Source of the DNA: the human T2T-CHM13v2.0 reference genome, Homo sapiens
DNA: 64,000 nt
Assembly: GCF_009914755.1 (NCBI RefSeq)
Contig: NC_060947.1
Direction: 5' to 3' (one strand)
The notes beneath the pieces are model-generated. The model had not been told where the DNA came from. It made no database searches and saw only the letters and a list, made by a program, of their open reading frames with translations. Each line of letters starts with the position of its first letter. Within the stretch, counting starts at the first letter, position 1. The translations under genes were made by a program, and so were the position numbers. Below, piece by piece: positions 41,462 to 64,000 of this stretch.

Positions 41462-44189
41462 CCCCTGCATGAAGGCCTCTCCAATCTTAATCAGGTTGCT
41501 CTTCCCATCCCCCTGCCCCCAGCGCGCTGGGTTCCTGCAGCTGAAGCCTCCTCTCAGCACTTCAGGCCTCCTAATGAAATGGCAAAAATACTTCCTTCCT
41601 TCTCTGCACCGCTGCGGCCTCCTCCTCCTCTTACTTCTCCTCCTCCTCCTCTGCTGCAACCACCCTGCCCTCACCTTGGACTGGGGGCTGGGAGGAGGTT
41701 TGACCTCTAACGTGCTGAAATTCTTTCTCCTATCTGAATCCAGTGCAGCGTCAGACGTGGACTCCCTGGCCTTGAGTGACTGACAGAGCAGAGGCCCTCT
41801 CCTTCCCCAGGGATACTTGTTTGCTGCTCTGTGAATTAGAACTGGAGAAGTCCTTGGGGCCCTGGGAGCGATTTTTCTACAGGATTGTGATCAGTGACTC
41901 CCTATCAACCCTGGGGCATGGATTCAGTGGGGCCTCACAGGGTTAGCATTATGGGATTTCATATTATTCTCAGTGACTTGAAAGACTGAACTGGGAGTGT
42001 GCTCGGCAAGTATGATAGTTGGGTGGGGTTGCTGATACCTCAGAAAGCAGGAATAGAATTCTTCAAATGACCCTGATAAAATGAGGGAGATGAACCATCA
42101 CAAGGAGGACCATGTTCAGAGAGGACGAACACAGGTAGTGTGTACAAAGACCAAAACCTAGAACTAATACACTAATATGGTACACTGGAGATGGGCAGTG
42201 ATTGACTTGACACAAGTATAGTTAAAAAGAAGAAGAACTGGGGAGATGGTGTAAGGGTACATCACAAGTGAGTCCATGGTGTAAAACTGGTTTTTCCCCC
42301 TCCTTTCCTCACACCCTTCTTTCCTTTCTTTTTTCCAAAACTAATGTGGATCCTGCATATAGTAACAAAAACACAGCATGGAGGATCTGAGAAGTCATCC
42401 AAGTGTGAGTTTTAGAACCAGAAGTCACCCGAGAGTCATCTAGTCCAACCCATTTATTTTATAGTTGAGGAAATGGGCCCAGAAAAGCCCGTCACAGTTA
42501 GTATTAGAAACAGACCTAGAATGCCACCCAGCACTACACGACCCTTGCCATAGTCCCACTCAACTCGTTCCACTCTACCTGCCATTGGTCATACCTTTCA
42601 AAGCATGATGGGTCTACCCTTGGCCAACACATTTTTAGCAAAAGTGGAAAGCTAGAGAGGGTCTGGAGAAGAGCATAAATAATGCCACGGGACTAGGTGC
42701 TGTGTGTGTGTGCATGCGTGTGTGTGTGCGTGTGTGTGTGTGTGAGATCTAGAAAGGAAAAAGCTGATGAGGTAACATTCAATGGTTGTAGGGCACCTAC
42801 CATGTGAAAAGTGTGCTATACCCATCTTCAAAATTTAACTCCTAAATAAGGACAGAGCTGATGACCTGTTCTCCGTTTCTTTTGAGAATGATAGAGGGGA
42901 AAATGAGATCAAGTGAAATACAAGGAATAACTTTGCTATGAATAGGAAATGATCACAAGCACCTAGTGAGTTCTCAATCGCAGTTGCCAAATTGAGTGAA
43001 TGGCTACTAAGGGAAGCACTGGTATTTCTCATCTTCCTGAAAGCAGAGAGCTAGATTATATGACTTTTTTTTTTTTTTTAACAGAGATGGGGTTTCACCA
43101 TGTTGCCCAGGCTGGTCTCAAACTCCTGGGCTCAAGCAATCCTCCCACCTCGGCCTCCCAATTGACCTTTTGAGGTCAATTCAGAGTCTTTGTTCTTATG
43201 TTCCATCCTTTGATTGCTCCATTTGAGATATTACGTGGCCTCCTATTTGAGACCATACCTGGCCTCCTGTTCTTTAGTGGGGAGTGTACCTCCAAGTTAG
43301 GAGTGCTCTCTATTTTGGGAAGATTTAGACACTGCCTCTCCTCTAAGAACTCAAGGCGCCATAGCAAAACCAGCTCCAATCCTATTAGGGACCCATCAGT
43401 GAGAGATTACAATTGGTCTTCACACCTTTGAAAGGTCTAGGTGGAAGAGGTGACCTCCAAGACAGGCATGATTTCAATCTAATTGACAGTCAATTCTGTG
43501 CCCCTGTAGCCTCAGGTTCTCAGCCCTGTTGCTGATGGCCAGCCCTGGGTCCAGCTAAAATGCCCAGCTCCTTGTTTGAAGTGAAGCTGAGGATATACTT
43601 GGATTTATTTAACATTGCAAAAAGCATTAGTGCCTAGATTCGGTCAGTCCACATCCCTAGATTTATCTGGTTTCTATTTTAGTCCTTTAAGGAGTTGGAC
43701 ACAGCTATCATATGATCTGAATTTGTAGTGTGTGTGAAGGGTCAGAGGTTGGTCACTGTGGAAATCTCCATAGCTTGAAGTATGGTTATCAGGACTGTAG
43801 GCTTGGCCTTGTGCTAGTTTACATACTGTGGGGGATAGAAGACACCTATTTTGGGTTGTGTACTGTCAGGAAGACAAAACGGAACCACAATCCAATGAAT
43901 GAAATGCATGTGCTTCAATTGTATGGTAAAGGTTAAATGGATTGGAGAAACTGTAAGAAAGGCTATGATGGGATTGGGGTGGGTGGGTAGAGTAGTGGGC
44001 ATTCCAAATTGGAGGGAAACCTCAGCCAAATCATGGAGATGAGAAGGTCTAGGTGTGCTTGAGGGGATGGGCCAAAATGGTGGGAAATTAGCTTGGTAAG
44101 GCAGCTCATGAAGATCTTCACAACAGAAGAGTTTGGCAATTATTGATTGAGCAACTGGACACCCTGACTGAACTCTTTTGCCAATAGTT

Positions 44190-45680
44190 TTATGGTGGAA
44201 AAACAAAACCTCCTCAGCTCCTCTTTCACTCCTTCTCTTCTGCAAGGAAAACGATTTTCAGACTAGAAAGGACAAGGTGAACACCAGAGAGAAACTCCTG
44301 AAGGCAGTCTAGTTCAAGAGAGCCGTAAGCTGCCTTGAGTAACTGCATCTCATTGTCTGAGTCAGTAGCATCCCAGGGCACTTAAGGACTTGCAGCTCAA
44401 ATTGCAGGACAACTGGTGGTGGCCCTGAAAACCCCATGAAGAAGGGAAGAGATACGTGCTGCAGCCTAGAGATGGGTAAACATGGCCCCACTTTGACAGA
44501 TGGGAAAAGGTAAACTCCACAAATTATAGATCAATACATTTGATATTGATTGAGGGCAAGATTCTAGGACAAATGATTAAAAGGATGGTTGGTGAGCACT
44601 TACAAAAGGAAGCGACGATCACTCAGTCCCCACATGGATTCAGGAAAAACAAATCATGCCCCACTGGGTTCATTTCCCTTGACAGAGTGACTGGACAGGT
44701 AGAGGAGGGAAAAGTTATCACCCACAGCGTATCTAGAGTTCAACCAAACATTCTCTCAATGCTTTTGGGAAAACATGTATACATGTGGGGTGGGTAAAGG
44801 TAAACCTAGGCGAATTCTTAACTGGTTGAATGACTACATACAAAATAGTTCTGTTTTAATGTCACTAGATCAAATTTGCGAATTACACAAAGTTGGTAAA
44901 GTCCCTTATTTGAACTTCAAAATGTGGCAGTACAAATGTAAGATGTGAGAGATGTGGCTTAGAGGCATTTTAGAGTGAATGAAAGCTCATGAGTTGAAAG
45001 TGTGGTTTGGTTGCTGTAAAAAGTATTGTGACCTTGGGCCATATTACTAAGAGTACAACTTTCAGAACAAAGGAGGTGATCATCTTGTGCTACTTTGCAC
45101 TGATCAGACCACATCTGATGCCCAGTGTTCAGTTATGAGCACCAGACTTCAAGGGAGATGTTAACAAAAGTATATCCAGAGAAGAGTGAGAAGACTGAAG
45201 AATCCCAGGAGAAATTTGTCTACTGTCAGTGAGTAATTACTGGGCTCACAGTAGATTTGTTCTGCGTGACTTCAGGGCTCCAAGATCTAATGGATGGAAA
45301 TTATAGGAAAGCAGATTTGGGTTCAACATGAGGAAGATGCTCCTTTTCCTTCCTTTTTTATGATGAAAAATTATAATAAAAGTTTCAGCTCCTGATTCCA
45401 GCCTCTTGAAGTCCTTTAAAATGTATTACCAACAGTTTCAAAAACAGAAGAAAAATGTCCTAATCCCAACATCTAAACATAAGCATTTTGCTATGTTTGG
45501 GAAGAACTTTCTAGTATTAGTAGTACTCTCTGCAATTAAAATGGACTGCCCCTAAAAGTAGGCAGTTCTCCATCACCAGAAATATTCAAGCAGGGACTCC
45601 ATGTGGATGATGCAGACAATGAAAGCATCTGATAAAAGACTGAACCAGATGACCTTTAGGGTTACTGAGATTCTATCATA
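44190..45680 (+). mobile_element. CR1/L3 LINE fossil, ORF2 reverse-transcriptase region to 3' end
   Basis: ORF 44540-44797 has HGFRKNKSCPT (CR1 QHGFxKGKSCLT); gcactgatcagaccacatctg (ALVRPHL-type motif); L3-like tail. Confidence 0.75.
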
Positions 45681-45859
45681 CTTGAGCTGGAAGGTCTCAT
45701 GGTAGAGTATTCAAGAAAATATTTCTAGAGCCTACGTGCAAGGTGAATTAGAGGAGGAAAGACTGGAAGCAGAGATAATAACTAGTTCAGAGGTACCTAC
45801 TCTGAGGGCTAAAACTATTTTCGCCTCCAACCACCCCCCCAACTTGAATTTCAAAATTA

Positions 45860-47600
<1,741 letters not shown>

Positions 47601-47819
47601 TTCTTATCTACAAGGACATCTCACGCCAGGGCATTCTTCAACAAAACAAGACTGCATTCTGAAATTCTTTTTGGAAACAGGGAGTGGGGAGGAGAAGGGA
47701 GTGGGAACGAAAGGAGAGGAGTTTGACCTTTAGATCTTCTCCTCCCTTCTCCCCAGCCCCCAGGATGAGCCCTGTGGCTTCAGTCTCCAAGAAGGAATTT
47801 TCCAACCAACAGCTCAGAT

Positions 47820-48420
47820 GTAGAAAGTTGAAATAACTGGACTATAGGGTCAGAAAACCTGCATTCAGATCCATCTCTGCCTCTTCCTAGCTGGATGACC
47901 TTGGTTGAAGGGTTTAACATCTCCGAGTCTGTTTGCTCATCTGTAAAATAGGGACAGGACGATTACACCTACCTCACAGAGTTGTTGTAAGGATTAAATG
48001 AGAAGATGTATGTGAATGTGCTTCGGAAACTGTAAGCATTATACAAATGTCAGATATTATTATTATGACTGAGTGCCTACTGTGTTCCTCAGTATAGGCT
48101 ATAAAAAGATAAATACGACATAGTCTTTGCCTTCAGGGAGCTCACAGTTCTGTAGCAGAGATATGTTCACAAATAGCCGTGGTATAAAGTATAACAGGGC
48201 AAAATGGCCCAAGTTATTACAGTAATTCAGAAGAGGGAGCAGGCCCTTCAGACTGGGGGGAACCAAAAGAGAGGCTTCAAAGAGTTTGATCTGTACCCTG
48301 ACAAATGGGATGGATCTGACAGATGGACACGGCTGAGAGAGGACAGCATTCCAGGTGGAGGAGTCTAGGGATGGGTATTTATGGAACGCGTCTGCGGTGC
48401 TGGAAGCAGGCCTGTTTGAT
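47820..48420. mobile_element. MIR followed by an L2-like fragment
   Basis: ctcatctgtaaaatagg...gttgtaaggattaaatgag; tgagtgcctactgtg...gccttcagggagctcacagt. Confidence 0.65.
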
Positions 48421-48698
48421 TGTAAGAAGTAATGAGGCTGGTCAGCCACATCACAACTTTTTTAGACACGGTCATTTTCAGCATGCCCAGGGTAGAGCAT
48501 TCAGTCCTTCAGAAGGAGGACTAGAATTTAAGCAGAGCCTCTGAGGTCTCATGTCTGTTGTTCAACTGACCTCCTTGGAGAAAAACAACTCTTCTGGAGG
48601 GTGGTGGCATCCAGAAAGGTTCTAGGAAAATCACCTTTTTCCTTTTCTGAAGCTGAAAAATAGGTCTCTGGGAAGAACAGGGACTAATGCCACATTTA

Positions 48699-51547
<2,849 letters not shown>

Positions 51548-51631
51548 CTAAGCAAATCCTTTTTTGCCAGGGTAACCTTTCCCAACTCATGAGAGGTCAG
51601 AGGTTAGACAAAGCTGCGTAGACCCGAACCT

Positions 51632-51711
51632 GAAGGTTGGTGCAAAAGTAATGGCGGTTTTTGCAATTACCTTTAACGGCAAAAACCGCCATTACTTTTG
51701 CACCAGCCTAA
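51632..51711. mobile_element. MADE1 (Hsmar1 mariner-derived 80-bp MITE)
   Basis: aggttggtgcaaaagtaat...attacttttgcaccagcctaa; two terminal inverted repeats forming a palindrome, 80 bp. Confidence 0.92.
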
Positions 51712-52079
51712 CAGATCTAGTGAGTTTCACAGTCCCTGGTGGAATCGGTTTCCCATACTGCTCTCAGTGCAGAGACCCTAGTGGGTGCCTTCTGTCCTGG
51801 CACGTGCTGCTTTCCGGTTCTGCGGTTACCCTGGCCCTTGGGTTTCCCCCACCCTCCTCCCATCCTTTTCAGGCTCCCGGAAAGAGAAGACCCCCAGTGA
51901 AACTCCACCCCTTCACATAGTTTTGATGACTTAGGACATGTGTTCGGACAAATACAAATAAATGTGCTTACGATTCTAATTAGAAAAAGACACTTAGAAT
52001 TGAGACTGCTTCTGAAAATCTGATCCTGTGCTGGCAGTTCCTGTTGTTCTCAGCTAGTATTTCGTTTTAGTCCCCTAAA

Positions 52080-52500
52080 GTGGCCATGTGACCTTGATAG
52101 CAAACGCCATCTTTCTGCGGAGCCCGCCTGAGCTGCGGCAAGCTGCTCTGACGGCTCGCTAGCAATCTGCCTTTTCCGATTTCAAAATCTTTAGACCGCC
52201 CACCAAAACCCTTTTTCCGGTCGGAGAGGCCCGGCAGGCTCTCAGGTCATTTGCGGAGCAAACGTGATTGACACGATCTGCGTCTAATGAATGTTCGTCT
52301 GCTTCCCAGCTCGGATTACTAGTTCCGCTCCCTTTCCCAGTTTGTTTTTGATGACTCATCCCTCAAATTCTTCACACACTCGCCTGATTCCCGCCCCTCC
52401 CGTCCTCTCTCTCCTCGCTCCCACTCGACGCCCACCCCCCACCTCCGCCGCCTCGCCCTAGGGAAGTGGATTTGGTGAATCCTATCGAGGATCGTTTTTT
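52080..52500. promoter_or_regulatory. Orphan CpG-enriched promoter/enhancer-like element
   Basis: High CpG in unique sequence; YY1, ETS, PBX/MEIS-like, AP-1 and GC-box motifs. Confidence 0.6.
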
Positions 52501-53845
52501 TACAGTGTATTTTGAACATATAGAAGCAAAAAGCACAATTTCCGTACAGGAAAGAGGAGGTTCATTTCCTTATAAGGAGCTTAACCCCTCACTGTTCTTT
52601 GAGCTTTTTCTCGTCCACAAGATCGGGGTGGGAGCAGGGGCAGGAGAAACGACAGCGGGGCTTTTGCCACTCAATTTCCAGTTCAATTCCAGAACCCCCG
52701 CAGCTCTGAGTCCCTAGCAAAGGTCAGCTGCCTTGCCCCAACAGCCGGCCCCACTGAGGGAGGAGTCCGGGGGAGTACAGTCAGGGTTGAAAGTTTACAA
52801 ACATTTCTCTGGGTCTCGGGCATCTGCAGTGGGCACCTGCGGTGGGCACGTATGACAGTTTTGCCGGGGGCTGCAAATGCAAAATTGCAGCCCTAAAGAG
52901 GAAACAGACCTTCAGTCGTTAATAGGAGGAGGGGGAAAGGAAGGGGGAGTAAGAAAAGTAGGGAGCTGAGACTGAACTAACAAGCTCTTCTGGACCCAGA
53001 CCCCTGAAATAGGCGAATGAATGGACTTCCACCTGCACAAGAAATCCTAGCTTTCCTGGATAGGGTCAAATGAAGCCAATAGAACATCCATAGTGAGAAG
53101 TTGGCAAGAGACTGGCTAAATTTGCCCCCTTTGGGCTGCTTCTTGTAGTCTCATTTGCTCTTTGATGCTCACACAACCATCACCACTTCTCTGCTGTGTC
53201 TCTTTATCCCACAGCTAAAGCATGTGATTGAAAACTTGCAGTTTGACCTAAGTTTAACACTGCCTTGTATAGGGCTTTGTGAATAATGGGTGCAGGATCA
53301 ATTCCCCGGAGCCTGAGTATCATACCAAAGGCTAGAGACTCAGGGGCCTCCCAGTCTGCAAAGTGCTCTCAGACTCAGGCACATATTCTGAGGGAGCTTT
53401 TGCATTTTGGTCTTGGATCTCCAGGAGAGGACAGGAGTTTGCCGATTGGGAAAACAAAGAAGGTGCTAAGAAATAGGTGACCACCTTATTTTTTTATTCC
53501 CTCCTAAGCAGCCCCGCTGCTCTCCCTTTGGAGGCCCCTTGGCTAAGTCTCATCCAAAGTTCATTTGCATTGTCCAGCTTGCCCCTCTGGCCTCAGAGAG
53601 GAATGTAGCCAATGAACAGGAAAGAGGAGGCATGCTTTCTGTCCCTGCTGGGGTGGAGAGTAAGTGGAGACACGAATCCTACCCCCTCCCCAGTTTCTGC
53701 TTCCAGCGCCTCTCCTTCATCTTCATCACAAAACATTTCTGAGGCATTTCTCTGTCCAAGACTCTGTCCACATTACTTTACACGTAGTCGTTGCCTTGAC
53801 AATCAGAGACAACAAGGGTTGAGTGACACTAAAAATGCAGAAAGC

Positions 53846-56972
<3,127 letters not shown>

Positions 56973-57199
56973 TCAGTGAGGGGGGAAAAAGGAGTCAGAA
57001 ACAACTCAAAAAAATTTTTGCTTGAGAAACTGGGCCTGTGGTGACATCATTCATATAGGGACTGGGAATCTAGGATGGGGAGCAGGTTTTATGGAGGGAG
57101 ATAAGTGATTCAGTTTGGCATATGTTGAGTTGGAGGTACCCAGTGATGTGCTCGAAGACATTTAACTACTGGTTCTAGATGGTGGGAAAAGGCTTGATG

Positions 57200-63536
<6,337 letters not shown>

Positions 63537-64000
63537 TCAGCACATCAGTAGAGGTGCCTGAGGAACATCCAAGAGATGTTTGGAAGACCACTGGAAACAC
63601 AGATCTAGAGCCAGCAAGTTTGGGGCTGCTCTGCCTTTGTCCTCATCCTTGCCCTGCCCCAGCTGTTCCTGCCCATGATGAGCTGATGAGTCCAGCTGAT
63701 GAGCCTGCCCATGCACCTGTACTCTTAGGCTATGCTCCCCTCAGCCTTGCCTTAGAGTCCAGCAGGTCAGGATGAGGAATCTGTCCCCTGCATACCAACT
63801 GGATTGGTAATTTAACCTTTTTTGCAGTTAAATGCAAGAGTATCTTGCTAGACTCTCCCAGGACACAGTTTAGCTTAGTTCTCACCTGAATATTCTGGCA
63901 ATATTTCCCAAACTTTAGTTATTCAAGTATCACATTCACGATTTTTGCTCTATTTGCATGACTACTTGTACTATTATTTACTTAACATTTTTCTTTAAAT

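Overview
Primate (human-like) genomic DNA, recognisable from the translations as the Xq13.1 MED12-NLGN3 locus. Bases 1 to ~12.5 kb hold the last 18 exons of MED12 (+ strand; numbered 28-45 by counting back from the known 45-exon structure). NLGN3 follows on the same strand, complete: a non-coding first exon near 15 kb and seven coding exons (17823-40187, 2547 nt = 848 aa with both A1 and A2 inserts). The remaining ~23 kb is intergenic, with many Alus, MIR/L2, two CR1/L3 fossils, a MADE1 MITE, an ERV1-type LTR and an orphan promoter-like patch near 52.3 kb. I found no new protein-coding gene or prokaryote-style system. The most interesting signals are regulatory or splicing-related: a tandem RFX X-box array in NLGN3 intron 5, a GC-AG pyrimidine-rich MED12 intron with a candidate microexon, a MED12 exitron, NLGN3 uORFs and a purine/pyrimidine hairpin-like array in NLGN3 intron 6. 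Repeat family names are recognised by eye and repeat boundaries are approximate.
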